Shown: one piece after another, positions 1 to 10,655 of the stretch
Position numbering within the stretch: the stretch's first letter is position 1
Layout: every line of letters starts with the position of its first letter
Assembly (NCBI RefSeq): GCF_000247565.1
Contig: NC_016893.1
Location: 270,001 to 302,000, forward strand
Reading direction: 5' to 3'
DNA from: Wigglesworthia glossinidia endosymbiont of Glossina morsitans morsitans (Yale colony)
Lineage (GTDB): Bacteria; Pseudomonadota; Gammaproteobacteria; Enterobacterales; Enterobacteriaceae
DNA: 32,000 bases
The notes under the pieces: generated by a model
Seen by the model: only the letters and a program-made list of their open reading frames with translations
What the model was told of the DNA's origin: nothing
Databases searched by the model: none
Position numbers and translations under genes: made by a program

Positions 1-1061
1 GTCCAAGCATGTTACCTAAAGCGGTATTAGTAAAAATAAAAAATGAGTTATTTAATTGGAATAATACTAAAGTTTCCATAATGGAGATAAGTCATCGTAA
101 TCAAAAATTTTTAGATTTAATTGAGATAATGAAAAAAGATCTAAAAGATCTTTTAAATATTCCTAAAAACTATAATATCTTGTTTTTACAAGGAGGAGCG
201 CGTACACAATTTTCTAGTATTCCAATAAATTTAATCAAAAATGCATCAGAAACAGCAGACTATATTAATAGTGGATATTGGGGGGAATATGCAGCATGTG
301 AAGCTAAAAAATATTGTATAGTAAATTTAATTGATGTAATTTATCAAAAAAAATCGCAAAAATTTATTTTACCTATGAAATTATGGAAAATTTCAAAAAA
401 TAGCAAATACATACACTATTGTCCAAATGAAACGATAGACGGAATTGCAATACATAATACGCTAAATTTTAAAAATAAAATAATTATAGGCGATTTTTCA
501 TCTACTTTTCTCTCTAGTCCCATTGATATTAATAAGTTCGGAATTATTTATGCTAGTTCACAAAAAAATATTGGTCCATCAGGAATGACTGTAGTAATTT
601 TTCGTAATGATTTAGTTTTTAGTAAAAATATTACTATACCGTCTTGTTTAAATTATCAATTATTATATAAACATAATTCTCTTTTTAATACACCGCCAAC
701 TTTTACTTGGTACGCATCTAGCTTAGTATTAAAATGGTTAAAATCTCAAGGAGGATTATTAAACATGCATAAAATAAATCAAAAAAAATCTAAACTACTC
801 TATAATGCTATAGATAAAAGTAACTTTTATCATAATAATATTGCTCATGAATATCGTTCTTACATGAACGTAATATTTCATTTACCAAATGAAACTTTGA
901 ACAATCTTTTTTTAAAATTATCGCAAAATTCTGGTTTGCTTTTTTTACAAGGACATCGCGTTGCAGGCGGTATTAGAGCATCTTTATACAATGCAATGCC
1001 AATATCAGGAGTTAAAAAATTAATAAAATTTATGAAATATTTTGAAAAAAATTATGGATAA
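1..1061 (+). CDS. serC: Phosphoserine aminotransferase, 5'-truncated by the window edge
   Basis: ORF 9..1061 aligns along its length with recalled E. coli SerC (ISHRNQKF, HYCPNETIDGIAI, SSQKNIGPSG with the PLP lysine, FNTPPTFTWY, GHRVAGGIRASLYNAMP). Codons before the listed Met (..PS-MLPKAV) still match E. coli GPAMLPAEV, so the gene begins upstream of position 1. Confidence 0.93.
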   Translation, partial: PSMLPKAVLVKIKNELFNWNNTKVSIMEISHRNQKFLDLIEIMKKDLKDLLNIPKNYNILFLQGGARTQFSSIPINLIKNASETADYINSGYWGEYAACEAKKYCIVNLIDVIYQKKSQKFILPMKLWKISKNSKYIHYCPNETIDGIAIHNTLNFKNKIIIGDFSSTFLSSPIDINKFGIIYASSQKNIGPSGMTVVIFRNDLVFSKNITIPSCLNYQLLYKHNSLFNTPPTFTWYASSLVLKWLKSQGGLLNMHKINQKKSKLLYNAIDKSNFYHNNIAHEYRSYMNVIFHLPNETLNNLFLKLSQNSGLLFLQGHRVAGGIRASLYNAMPISGVKKLIKFMKYFEKNYG

Positions 1062-1099
1062 AACAAAATTTAAATTTAGATATTGTTAGTATAAATAAT

Positions 1100-2383
1100 A
1101 TGAATAATAGTATTGTTATAAATCCTATTTCTTATGTGTACGGTAATGTGTATCTTCCAGGATCAAAAAGCATATCTAATCGCGCAATTTTATTATCGGC
1201 GCAAACCGAAGATCAAACACAATTAATTAATCTTCCAAATAACGATGATATCACAGTGATGTTGCAAGCTCTTAATTGTTGCAAAGTAAAATATAAATAT
1301 CATTGCAACAATCAAACCTGTAACATTCAAGGCAATAAAAATGCATTAAAAAGTTTTGCCGAAATTATATTTCTTAAAAATTCTGGTACTGCTATGCGTT
1401 TGCTTACTGCAGCATTTTCTATAAGAAAAAATAATGTTGTTTTAATGGGCAGTGATAGAATGCATCAAAGACCAATTGGACCTTTAGTAGATGCTTTAAG
1501 ACAAGGTGGTGCAAAAATTAATTATTTAAATAAAAAAAATTTCCCGCCATTAAAAATTTTTGGAGGATATCGTGGAGGTCATATTACAATTAACTGCAAT
1601 ATTTCTAGTCAATTTTTAACTGCTTTACTCATCATGGCCCCATTAGCACCAAAAGATACAGTAATTTATATAAAGAAAAAAATCACTTCACTATCTTATA
1701 TTAAAATGACAATGTCTATAATGAAAATTTTTAATATTTTTGTTCAACATAATAATTATAAAATTTTTTATTTAAAAGGAAAATGTTTTTATAAATCACC
1801 TAAAAAATACGTTATCGAAGGAGATGCATCAAGTGCTTCTTATTTTTTAGCAGCAGGAGCTATAAAAGGGAAAAACGTGCAAGTTTTTGGTATAAATAAA
1901 GATAGTATACAAGGTGAAATTAAATTTGCACATATTTTAAAAAATATCGGTGCTAATATTCATTATGGAAAAAATTATATCTTATGTTCACGTAATCATC
2001 TTAACAGAATAAACGTAAATGTATTCGAAATGCCAGATTCTGGCATGACAGCAGCTATTGTAGCGCTTTTTTGCAAAAAATATAGTATATTAAAAAATGT
2101 TCAAAATTGGAAATTAAAAGAATGTAATCGCATAGAAGCAATATTAAATGGATTAAAAAAAATTGGAGTATATTACTTTTATAAAAATAATAATCTTATT
2201 ATTCATCCTCCTAAAAAATTTATACATGCTACTATCGAAACTTACGAAGATCATAGAATAGCAATGTGTTTTTCGTTATTAGCTTTATCAGAAGTATCGA
2301 TTAGGATTATAGATCCTAGCTGTGTCAAAAAAAGCTTTCCAAAATTTTTTGAAACATTAAATAATATCAGTTATTCAATTTAA
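1100..2383 (+). CDS. aroA: 3-phosphoshikimate 1-carboxyvinyltransferase (EPSP synthase)
   Basis: 427 aa, the same length as E. coli AroA. Motifs LPGSKSISNRA, NSGTAMR, RMHQRPIG, SSQFLTALLIMAPLA, EGDASSASYFLAAGAIKG and DHRIAMCFSL are present. It follows serC as in E. coli. Confidence 0.95.
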   Translation: MNNSIVINPISYVYGNVYLPGSKSISNRAILLSAQTEDQTQLINLPNNDDITVMLQALNCCKVKYKYHCNNQTCNIQGNKNALKSFAEIIFLKNSGTAMRLLTAAFSIRKNNVVLMGSDRMHQRPIGPLVDALRQGGAKINYLNKKNFPPLKIFGGYRGGHITINCNISSQFLTALLIMAPLAPKDTVIYIKKKITSLSYIKMTMSIMKIFNIFVQHNNYKIFYLKGKCFYKSPKKYVIEGDASSASYFLAAGAIKGKNVQVFGINKDSIQGEIKFAHILKNIGANIHYGKNYILCSRNHLNRINVNVFEMPDSGMTAAIVALFCKKYSILKNVQNWKLKECNRIEAILNGLKKIGVYYFYKNNNLIIHPPKKFIHATIETYEDHRIAMCFSLLALSEVSIRIIDPSCVKKSFPKFFETLNNISYSI

Positions 2384-2430
2384 TTTTTTTTAAAAGAGTT
2401 AAAGCTTGTTGGTTAATTTAAAATATTAAA

Positions 2431-3135
2431 ATGAAGAGGACAAATAGAAAAACCAAAAAAAATGTTATTACGATAGATGGACCTAGCGCTTCTGGAAAAG
2501 GAATAATCTCTAAAAATCTTGCAAGAATTTTCGGTTGGAACATTTTGAATTCCGGTGCAATATATCGATCTTTAGCATTTTTGTCAGTAAAAAATAAAGT
2601 TTCATACTTAGTAGAAAGTAATTTATTATTTTTAACAGATCAATTAAATTTAAAATTTAAAATTAAAAAAAATAAATTATTTATAATTTTAAATAATCAA
2701 GATGTTACTCTAAATATATTAGATGAAAAAATAGGAATTATAGCATCAAAAATTTCTATTTTTCCTTCATTAAGAAAAAAAATATTAAACATGCAAAAAA
2801 ATTTTTATCAACCTCCAGGTCTCATAGCAGAAGGGCGTGATATGGGATCTATAGTTTTTCCAGAAGCTTCTGTTAAAATATTTCTTGATGCTTCATTAAA
2901 AATACGAGCTATACGTCGTACGAAACAGTTGCAGAAAAAAGGCTTTAATGTTAATTTTAAAGATATATTTTTTAAAATAAGGGATCGAGATAATTCGGAT
3001 ATAAATCGAAAAATAGCACCTTTAGCACCAGATTCGCAAGCTTTAATAATTGATTCTACATTGTTAAATGTAGAAGAAGTAATACAAAAAATTATTTTTT
3101 ATACAAAACAAAAAATTAATTTAAACATAAATTAA
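2431..3135 (+). CDS. cmk: Cytidylate kinase
   Basis: VITIDGPSASGKG P-loop, SGAIYR, GLIAEGRDMGSIVFPEA.VKIFLDAS and RD..D.NR.IAPL all match E. coli Cmk. The cmk-rpsA order is conserved. The exact start codon is uncertain by a few residues. Confidence 0.92.
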   Translation: MKRTNRKTKKNVITIDGPSASGKGIISKNLARIFGWNILNSGAIYRSLAFLSVKNKVSYLVESNLLFLTDQLNLKFKIKKNKLFIILNNQDVTLNILDEKIGIIASKISIFPSLRKKILNMQKNFYQPPGLIAEGRDMGSIVFPEASVKIFLDASLKIRAIRRTKQLQKKGFNVNFKDIFFKIRDRDNSDINRKIAPLAPDSQALIIDSTLLNVEEVIQKIIFYTKQKINLNIN

Positions 3136-3199
3136 TTTAATTTTAAAAAATTTTATTCAATTTAATTAAACTAATTATAATACTTGAAGACTACAAAAT

Positions 3200-4873
3200 A
3201 TGACAGAATCTTTTTCCCAACTTTTTAAAGAATCTTTAAATGAAATTCAAACTCGTCCAGGTTCCTTAATTAAAGGTACCGTCATTTCTATTTTAAAAGA
3301 TATAGTATTAGTAGATGCAGGACTAAAATCTGAATCTGCTATCCCTATAGTACAGTTTTTAAATTCTCAAGGAGAATTAGAAGTTAAAATAGGTGATGTA
3401 ATAGACGTTACATTAGATGCGATCGAAGATGGTTTCGGAGAAACAATACTTTCTCGAGAAAAAGCTAAAAGATATGCAGCATGGTCACATTTAGAAAAAG
3501 CTCATGAAGAATCTACGATTGTAAACGGGGTAATTAACGGCAAAGTAAAAGGTGGTTTTACGGTAGAATTACACGGTATTCGAGCATTCTTGCCAGGGTC
3601 ATTAGTAGATATCAGACCAATTAGGGATTCCGTAAATTTAGAAGGAAAAAATTTTGAATTTAAAGTTATTAAGTTAGATCAAAAAAGAAATAACGTCGTT
3701 GTTTCACGTAGAGCAGTAATAGAATCTGAAAATAGTGCAGAAAGAGAACATATTCTAAATAATTTACAAGAAGGCGCACAAGCTACTGGTATTGTGAAAA
3801 ATTTAACAGACTATGGAGCATTTATAGATTTAGGAGGCATTGACGGCTTATTGCATATTACAGATATGGCTTGGAAACGAGTAAAACATCCTAGCGAAAT
3901 AGTTGGTATGGGAGATGAAATTACTGTAAAAATTTTAAAATTTGATCGCGAAAAAACTCGCGTATCTTTAGGATTAAAACAGCTCAGTCAAGATCCATGG
4001 ATTAATCTTTCTACTAAATACCCTGAAAATAAAAACGTATCTGGTAGAGTAACAAATCTTACAGATTATGGATGTTTTGTGGAAATAGAAGAAGGCGTAG
4101 AAGGCCTAGTACATATTTCAGAAATGGATTGGACAAATAAAAATATACATCCTTCAAAAGTAGTTCAAATAGGAGATATCGTAAATGTTTTAGTATTAGA
4201 TATCGACGAAGATCGTAGAAGAATTTCGTTAGGATTAAAACAATGCCAACCAAATCCATGGAAAAAATTTTCTGAAATACATAAAAAAGGCGACTGTGTA
4301 AAAGGAAAAATAAAATCTATTACTGATTTTGGAATATTTATTGGATTAGAAGGCGGAATAGACGGATTAGTGCATCTTTCCGATGTATCATGGAATCTTT
4401 CTGGAGAAGAAGCAGTAAAAGAATACAAAAAAGGAGACTTAATTTCAGCAATGGTTTTACAAGTTGATTCAGATCGAGAACGTATTTCTTTAGGTGTGAA
4501 ACAATTACTAGAAGATCCTTTTCATCATTACATCACAAAATATAAAAAAGGAGATATAGTAGACGGGAAAATTATCAAAAGAAGTGATAATATAATATTT
4601 GTACAATTAGAATCAAATGTAGATGGAATAATTAAAATTCCCGAAATATATGAAAAAAATATTGATGATATATGTAAAAAATTAAAAAATTTAGATACTT
4701 ATAAATTAAAAATTATTAATATTGATCGAAAAAATCGTATAGTGAATGTTTCATTTTTGATAAATACTAAAAATAAAAAAATGAATCACGAAAAAATTAT
4801 TCAAGAAAAAAGTTCAGATTCTTTTTCTAATGTAATGACGGAAGCATTTAAAGCAGCTACTAAAAGCGACTAA
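3200..4873 (+). CDS. rpsA: 30S ribosomal protein S1
   Basis: 557 aa, the same as E. coli S1, with six S1 repeats (e.g. [49 protein letters not shown]). This is the most G+C-rich coding region of the left half. Confidence 0.97.
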   Translation: MTESFSQLFKESLNEIQTRPGSLIKGTVISILKDIVLVDAGLKSESAIPIVQFLNSQGELEVKIGDVIDVTLDAIEDGFGETILSREKAKRYAAWSHLEKAHEESTIVNGVINGKVKGGFTVELHGIRAFLPGSLVDIRPIRDSVNLEGKNFEFKVIKLDQKRNNVVVSRRAVIESENSAEREHILNNLQEGAQATGIVKNLTDYGAFIDLGGIDGLLHITDMAWKRVKHPSEIVGMGDEITVKILKFDREKTRVSLGLKQLSQDPWINLSTKYPENKNVSGRVTNLTDYGCFVEIEEGVEGLVHISEMDWTNKNIHPSKVVQIGDIVNVLVLDIDEDRRRISLGLKQCQPNPWKKFSEIHKKGDCVKGKIKSITDFGIFIGLEGGIDGLVHLSDVSWNLSGEEAVKEYKKGDLISAMVLQVDSDRERISLGVKQLLEDPFHHYITKYKKGDIVDGKIIKRSDNIIFVQLESNVDGIIKIPEIYEKNIDDICKKLKNLDTYKLKIINIDRKNRIVNVSFLINTKNKKMNHEKIIQEKSSDSFSNVMTEAFKAATKSD

Positions 4874-4939
4874 ATAATTCATAGAAATTTTTTTATAAGA
4901 AAGAAATATTGTAAATTTTTATAAAAATTCAATTTAGTA

Positions 4940-4977
4940 TGCACACAAAAATAGCTTAAAATATAAAGATGTGTGCA
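4940..4977 (+). terminator. Possible stem-loop downstream of rpsA (8-bp stem TGCACACA/TGTGTGCA, 22-nt loop)
   Basis: The inverted repeat is read directly: TGCACACA at 4940-4947 and TGTGTGCA at 4970-4977. It stands out as G+C-containing in an AT-rich spacer. The large loop and lack of a clean U-tract make a classical intrinsic terminator doubtful. Confidence 0.25.
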
Positions 4978-5002
4978 AAATATTGTTTAATATTTAAAAT
5001 AT

Positions 5003-6739
5003 ATGCACTCATTATTATATGTAATTTTTTTTATTTTTTTTTCTATAACTTCGAAGTGTTACAGTAATCAAGTTATTTTAAATATAAAAAACTCTAATAA
5101 AATTATATATAATAAAATAAAAAAATGTATAAAAGAAAATAATAATCTGATTTTTAATGAAATAGAATTTAATTTAAAAATAAAAAAAAAAATAACGACA
5201 TGTTTACGAATTATAGGATACTACAAGCCTCAAATAAAAATCAACTTTCTTGATACTAAAGATCAAAAAAATAGTATTTTAGTAATCAATATAACACCAG
5301 GATTTTCTACGAAAATATTTGATACAAAAGTGATACTGTATGGTGATGCTAAAAATGATTCAGACTATTTATTATGGATAACAAAAAATGTTCCAAAATT
5401 AGGTGATTCACTTAATCATGTCGAATACGATTTATTTAAGCAAGGACTGTCTGATATTGCTATAAAAAAAGGTTATTTTGATGCTAAATTTAAAATACAT
5501 GAATTACAAGTGTTTCCTCAACGTTTTCGTGCTCGTTGGTATGTTATATTTGATAGCGGAAGACGTTATCGATTCGGAAAAACTAAATTTTATGGATCAC
5601 AAATTAATACAAAATATTTAGAAAATATAACAAAAAAATATTTCTATAGATTTTATGATCTAGATATCTTATCAGATTTAACTAAACAGTTAGCTTCAAC
5701 AGGTTGGTTTAATTCAATTACAGTATTTCCTAATTTTTCTTATTTTAACAAATCTGAAAAAATTATTTCATTAGATGCTATTCTAATTCCTACCAAAAAA
5801 AATAAACTAGAAATTGCTTTAGGGTACAGTGCAGATGGAGGATGGCATATTAAAAGTAATTGGGAAAAACCTTGGATTAATTCTTTAGGGTACAGCATGC
5901 AGACTAATTTCAATATTGCATTACATGAAAAAACTATGAATATTAGTTATAAAATACCCATGATTATGAATCCTATTCAGGAATATTATTTATTAAAATC
6001 AAAAATAAAATATTTGCATTTAAGTAATTTCATATCTAATTCTATAATCTTGACTGCTGCAAAATATTGGAATATTAACAATTTTCAAACAGCTATTGAT
6101 ATACATTGGATTTTAGATCATTCCATAGAAAATAACTACAAAAATAAAAAAAAAATATTAATTTATCCTGGATTACAAATTAATAGAGTGCATAAAGATA
6201 CAAATATATTTCCTATGCGCGGAAATAGTCAACATTATACATTAAATATATCCAGTAATTTTTGGGGATCACATGTAAATTTTTTACTTTTACGTTCAGA
6301 AAATATATTGATTAATCATTTTATAAAAAAACATAGATATGTAATTAGAAATAATTTTGGATGGATTATCACAAATGCTTTTGAAAAAATTCCAATATCT
6401 ATGCGATTTTTTGCTGGAGGCGATCGAAGTATAAGAGGTTTCAAATATCAATCTTTATCTTTTAGAAATAAAAATAACGATATTATAGGCGCTTTAAAAT
6501 TATTTACAGTATCATTAGAATATCAATATAATTTTTATAAAAACTGGTGGAGTGTTATTTTTATTGATAGTGGTGACGCAAATAATCACTTGAAGTATCG
6601 TAATTTTAAAATAGGTATTGGATGTGGGATTCGATGGTTATCTCAAGTTGGACCAATTAAAATTGATATAGCTACGCCGATGTTTGAATCAAAAGAAAAT
6701 CGACTAGAATTTTATGTCGGATTAGGATCAGAATTATAA
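5003..6739 (+). CDS. tamA: Translocation and assembly module outer-membrane subunit TamA (Omp85 family, YtfM)
   Basis: 578 aa (E. coli TamA is about 577 aa). It has an N-terminal signal peptide (MHSLLYVIFFIFFSITSKCYS), POTRA-like N-terminal part, and a C-terminal Omp85 barrel with the RFFAGGDRSIRGF motif and an aromatic-rich C-terminus. It sits immediately upstream of tamB as in E. coli ytfM-ytfN. Confidence 0.85.
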   Translation: MHSLLYVIFFIFFSITSKCYSNQVILNIKNSNKIIYNKIKKCIKENNNLIFNEIEFNLKIKKKITTCLRIIGYYKPQIKINFLDTKDQKNSILVINITPGFSTKIFDTKVILYGDAKNDSDYLLWITKNVPKLGDSLNHVEYDLFKQGLSDIAIKKGYFDAKFKIHELQVFPQRFRARWYVIFDSGRRYRFGKTKFYGSQINTKYLENITKKYFYRFYDLDILSDLTKQLASTGWFNSITVFPNFSYFNKSEKIISLDAILIPTKKNKLEIALGYSADGGWHIKSNWEKPWINSLGYSMQTNFNIALHEKTMNISYKIPMIMNPIQEYYLLKSKIKYLHLSNFISNSIILTAAKYWNINNFQTAIDIHWILDHSIENNYKNKKKILIYPGLQINRVHKDTNIFPMRGNSQHYTLNISSNFWGSHVNFLLLRSENILINHFIKKHRYVIRNNFGWIITNAFEKIPISMRFFAGGDRSIRGFKYQSLSFRNKNNDIIGALKLFTVSLEYQYNFYKNWWSVIFIDSGDANNHLKYRNFKIGIGCGIRWLSQVGPIKIDIATPMFESKENRLEFYVGLGSEL

Positions 6740-6744
6740 AAATT

Positions 6745-9700
6745 ATGTCACGTATTTTTTTAAAAATATTTTACATAAATCTAATATTTAACATTTTTTT
6801 ATTTTTTTTTCATGTTACTTATAATTTACGCGTAATAGAAAATACTGTAAATTTTTTTATACCTAATTTGTTCATAAATAAAATACAAATAATTTCTAAT
6901 AGCATAAATTTTTATTCTATTAAATATCAAAATAAAAAATTTGACTTAACAATCGATGAATTGCAAATATTTTTTAATTTTGATTTGCTAAATTACAAAA
7001 AAATTTTTAGTAGTTCTTCTAAATTGAAAAACATCAAATTGCAATTTAATTTCACACAATCAGAAATGAATTTTATTGAGAATATTGCAAAAGAAAAAAA
7101 TATTTTTAGTTTTTTAATTCAATTATTTTTGAAAAATATTTATATAAACAATATTTATATTTATTGTAGAGACTTAATAATCTTTTCAGAAAAGATCATC
7201 ATGAATATGAATTTTTTGAAAGATTCTATAGATATTAATTTTATACAAGCTTTGAACAATACTTTAAATGTTCCAATTAATGGGAATTATCAAAATAGCT
7301 TACTAAAATTAAAAAAATTATTGGAATCAAAAAATGTTCAAAGTTTTTTTATAAAAAACAAAATATCGTATCAAACAAAAAATATTTTAAGTTTTAATAA
7401 AAAAATTGGTTTTTTTAGCAACTTATTTGTTCCTGAAATTAGAAAAAATAAAATAAATAATTCAAGTAATTATAATAAAAATTTTTTACACAATAAAAAC
7501 ATTTTAAAAATAAATTTTAATTTTCATGGAAAATTAAATTATACAAAAAATTTTTTAAATTGGAATATAAAAACGAATTGTAATAATTTTTTTATTCTAG
7601 AAAAAAAAATATATGAATCAAAAATAAACAATTATTTTTTGGAAGGTTACATTTCCAAGATTAAAAAAAATTTAATAGAATTAAATTCTAAAATTATCTC
7701 TGATAATGATAAAAAAACTGCATATATTTTTGCATCATTTTATCATAATGCAAAATATATTTTGAAAATTAACAACTTTTATTTTTCCGTAGATGAAAAT
7801 ACAATCTTTTTACAAAGAAATATTGCAAATATTAATAATTTAAACATTCAATTTTATATAAATTTTGAAATACTCAAATTTAATGGAAATTTTAAATTGA
7901 ATTTTAAAAAAGATAATAAAAATATGTATTTTTTAATTAATTTAAATAAATTTTTATTTGGTAGATTACAAATCGAAAATATTTATTTAAAAGGGGAAAG
8001 ATTTAATATTTATAATTACAAAAATATTGTTTTTTATTTAAAAAATATAACAATTTTTAAGCAAATATTTGTTAAAAAATTATATTTTAATATTTGGGGT
8101 AACGTTTACAATCATATTGCATGTTTATTATTTCAAAAAAATAATTATATTAAAAAAATTAAAATCTATGGTACATATAATAATCAAAAATTTTGGAATG
8201 GTTTGATTAAATTTGAAAATTTATATAAAAAAGAAAATTCATACAAGGTACTTTTAAATAATTTTTTCGAAATAAATTTACATAAAAATAATTTTTTTAT
8301 CAAACATTATTCAAAAAATAAAAAATTTATATACATTATTGCACAACATACTATTTTGCAAACTTCTAATACAATAAAAATACAAATAAGAGATACAAAT
8401 ATAGAAATTTTAAATTATTTTTTACCATCTAAAATTTTTTTAAAAGGATTAATTCACGGATATTTTGAACTATCTTTACAACAAGATAGGATAGTACCAG
8501 ATATTAAAGTATATCTTACAGGCAACAATATCCATATAAGATATTATCAGGAATTTATTCAATGTAAATATTCTTTTGAAACTGTAAAATTTTTTACTAT
8601 TTTAAAACAAGATAAAATATATTTATCATGGAAAACACAACTCGAAAATCATAGTAAATTTGAAGGATATATTAATATTTTAAATATAACAAATAAATAT
8701 AATATATCTGGTTATATTTTATTTCAGAAAGTTCCGTTAACTTTTTTAAAACCTATTATGTTACATTTAAATATTACAGGTATAATAAATTCTGAAATAT
8801 TTTTTAATAATTTTAATATTATTGGAAATACAAATATTCAATTATTATCTATAAATAATGAATTTATAAAATTAGAATTTATTAGCAGCGAATTTAATAT
8901 GAAATTTTTAGGTAATATATGTATTTTAGATGGATTAGTGCGTACTAATAAAGGAACTTTAAAATTAAACGGTATAGCAAATTGGCTTGATAAAAATGTT
9001 CGACAGGTGCTTATTAATTTATCAGGAAATAAAATAGATTTAATTATATTAAATTTTATGAAGATAGAAGTTTCTCCTGATATCAAAATAAAAATTAAAG
9101 AAAATTTGTGTACTATTACGGGAAAAATTCAATTATCGCAATTTTTTATAGAAATTGAAAAAATTCCAAATCGTACTTTACGTATATCACCAGACGAAAT
9201 TTTGTTTAGCAAAAATAATGTATCAAATATTTTAAATAAACGTAAAATTATACCGTATGATATTAAAATATATTCTAACATATCTATTTTTGTAGAAAAT
9301 AACCTAGAAATTGATTTATTAAATATTAAAGCTAAATTAAAAGGAAATTTAAAATTTGTTAAAAATTTATATAACATTAATTTAAATGGTCGTATAGAAA
9401 TTATTTCTGGCTATTTAAATATTTATGGACAAGATTTAGAAATTAAAAAAGGACAAATTATATTTTCTGGTCCTATTAAAATGCCATATATAGATTTAGA
9501 AGCAAATCAATATGCATTTTCTAACAAACAACATACAATTTCAAGCATGCAAATTTTTGGAGCATTAGATCATCCTAAATTATATATTTTTTCTGATCCA
9601 GAAAAATCAGATCAAGAAATATTCTCTTATTTATTAGATCAAAACAAAATTGATGCACCAAATTTTGATACTAAAAACATACTTGCTTCCATGTTATTAG

Positions 9701-9978
9701 AACTAGGAATAATGAAAAGTGAATATTTTATTCAAAAAATTGGAAATATACTAGGCATACAAAATTTATCATTAGATAAACAAGGATTAGGTAATAAATC
9801 GAAAATTCTATTAAGTGGAAGTTTATTTCCGAAATTAAAAATAAAATACGGAATTGGTATATTTGATATCACTAAATCAATATTAACGTTAAGTTATAAA
9901 TTAACCAAAAATATATATTTAGAAGCTATATCGGAAGAAAATCAAGCGGTAGATATAATCTACCGATTTGATTTTTAA
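6745..9978 (+). CDS. tamB: Translocation and assembly module inner-membrane subunit TamB (AsmA-like, YtfN, DUF490 C-terminus)
   Basis: 1077 aa with an N-terminal hydrophobic anchor. The C-terminal ~200 aa align well by eye with E. coli TamB (YGQDLEIKKGQIIFSGP, IFSDPEKSDQEIFSYLL, KIKYGIGIFD, LEAISEENQAVDIIYRFDF versus LEAVSGVDQALDLLYSFEF). The rest is N/K/I-rich and highly diverged. The start lies 5 nt after the tamA stop. Confidence 0.85.
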   Translation: MSRIFLKIFYINLIFNIFLFFFHVTYNLRVIENTVNFFIPNLFINKIQIISNSINFYSIKYQNKKFDLTIDELQIFFNFDLLNYKKIFSSSSKLKNIKLQFNFTQSEMNFIENIAKEKNIFSFLIQLFLKNIYINNIYIYCRDLIIFSEKIIMNMNFLKDSIDINFIQALNNTLNVPINGNYQNSLLKLKKLLESKNVQSFFIKNKISYQTKNILSFNKKIGFFSNLFVPEIRKNKINNSSNYNKNFLHNKNILKINFNFHGKLNYTKNFLNWNIKTNCNNFFILEKKIYESKINNYFLEGYISKIKKNLIELNSKIISDNDKKTAYIFASFYHNAKYILKINNFYFSVDENTIFLQRNIANINNLNIQFYINFEILKFNGNFKLNFKKDNKNMYFLINLNKFLFGRLQIENIYLKGERFNIYNYKNIVFYLKNITIFKQIFVKKLYFNIWGNVYNHIACLLFQKNNYIKKIKIYGTYNNQKFWNGLIKFENLYKKENSYKVLLNNFFEINLHKNNFFIKHYSKNKKFIYIIAQHTILQTSNTIKIQIRDTNIEILNYFLPSKIFLKGLIHGYFELSLQQDRIVPDIKVYLTGNNIHIRYYQEFIQCKYSFETVKFFTILKQDKIYLSWKTQLENHSKFEGYINILNITNKYNISGYILFQKVPLTFLKPIMLHLNITGIINSEIFFNNFNIIGNTNIQLLSINNEFIKLEFISSEFNMKFLGNICILDGLVRTNKGTLKLNGIANWLDKNVRQVLINLSGNKIDLIILNFMKIEVSPDIKIKIKENLCTITGKIQLSQFFIEIEKIPNRTLRISPDEILFSKNNVSNILNKRKIIPYDIKIYSNISIFVENNLEIDLLNIKAKLKGNLKFVKNLYNINLNGRIEIISGYLNIYGQDLEIKKGQIIFSGPIKMPYIDLEANQYAFSNKQHTISSMQIFGALDHPKLYIFSDPEKSDQEIFSYLLDQNKIDAPNFDTKNILASMLLELGIMKSEYFIQKIGNILGIQNLSLDKQGLGNKSKILLSGSLFPKLKIKYGIGIFDITKSILTLSYKLTKNIYLEAISEENQAVDIIYRFDF

Positions 9979-10035
9979 AATAAATCTAATATTTATTAGA
10001 AAGTTTTAAAATTGAAAATATAAAATAATTTATAT

Positions 10036-10575
10036 TTAAGTAGATAACGATTGTTTACGATTAAAAGATGATATAATTTCTTTTTCAGCTTCTTGAATTC
10101 CTTTCCAAGAAATTACTTTAGTCCATTTTTTTTCTTCAAGATCTTTATAATGTTCAAAAAAATGAGTAATTTGTGACTTCAGTAAATGAGAAATGTCGTT
10201 AATGTTCTTTATTGCATTACTATATCCAGCAAGTAACTTTTGATGTGGAATAGCAATAATTTTAGCATCTTCTCCTGATTCGTCGATCATTTTTAATACG
10301 CCAATTGGTTGACAACGTATCACAGAACCATGTAATACTGGAAATGGAGTAGGTACTAATATATCTAACGGATCTCCGTCTAAAGAAATTGTATGATTTA
10401 TATATCCATAATTGCATGGATAAAACATAGATGTCGGAATAAATCTATTCACAAATAATATTCCGGTATCTTTATCTACTTCGTATTTAATTGGACTAGA
10501 ATGTGTAGGAATTTCTATGATTGCATAAATATCATGCGGAAGATTTTTTCCTGCCGGTACTGAATTTAAATTCAT
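10036..10575 (-). CDS. ppa: Inorganic pyrophosphatase
   Basis: 179 aa, near-collinear with E. coli Ppa ([60 protein letters not shown]). Confidence 0.96.
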   Translation of the reverse strand: MNLNSVPAGKNLPHDIYAIIEIPTHSSPIKYEVDKDTGILFVNRFIPTSMFYPCNYGYINHTISLDGDPLDILVPTPFPVLHGSVIRCQPIGVLKMIDESGEDAKIIAIPHQKLLAGYSNAIKNINDISHLLKSQITHFFEHYKDLEEKKWTKVISWKGIQEAEKEIISSFNRKQSLST

Positions 10576-10655
10576 AATGTTTCCTTAATATTTAAAATAA
10601 GTTATATATAAAATATATAATAAAAAAGATCTAATTATTTAAAATTTATTTTTTT

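Noticed and set aside
4059-4428. Two minus-strand ORFs (66 and 87 aa) inside rpsA
   Set aside because: They are antisense to a very well conserved S1 gene and have no recognisable homology. Such ORFs arise in the relatively G+C-rich rpsA region, where stop codons are rarer.
8838-9377. Two 82-aa minus-strand ORFs inside tamB
   Set aside because: They are antisense to the tamB frame, low-complexity, and have no start context or homology.
9979-10035. Short all-A/T inverted repeat (ATAAAT-ctaat-ATTTAT) between convergent tamB and ppa, as a possible bidirectional terminator
   Set aside because: The 6-bp A/T-only stem has negligible predicted stability and is indistinguishable from chance in this composition.
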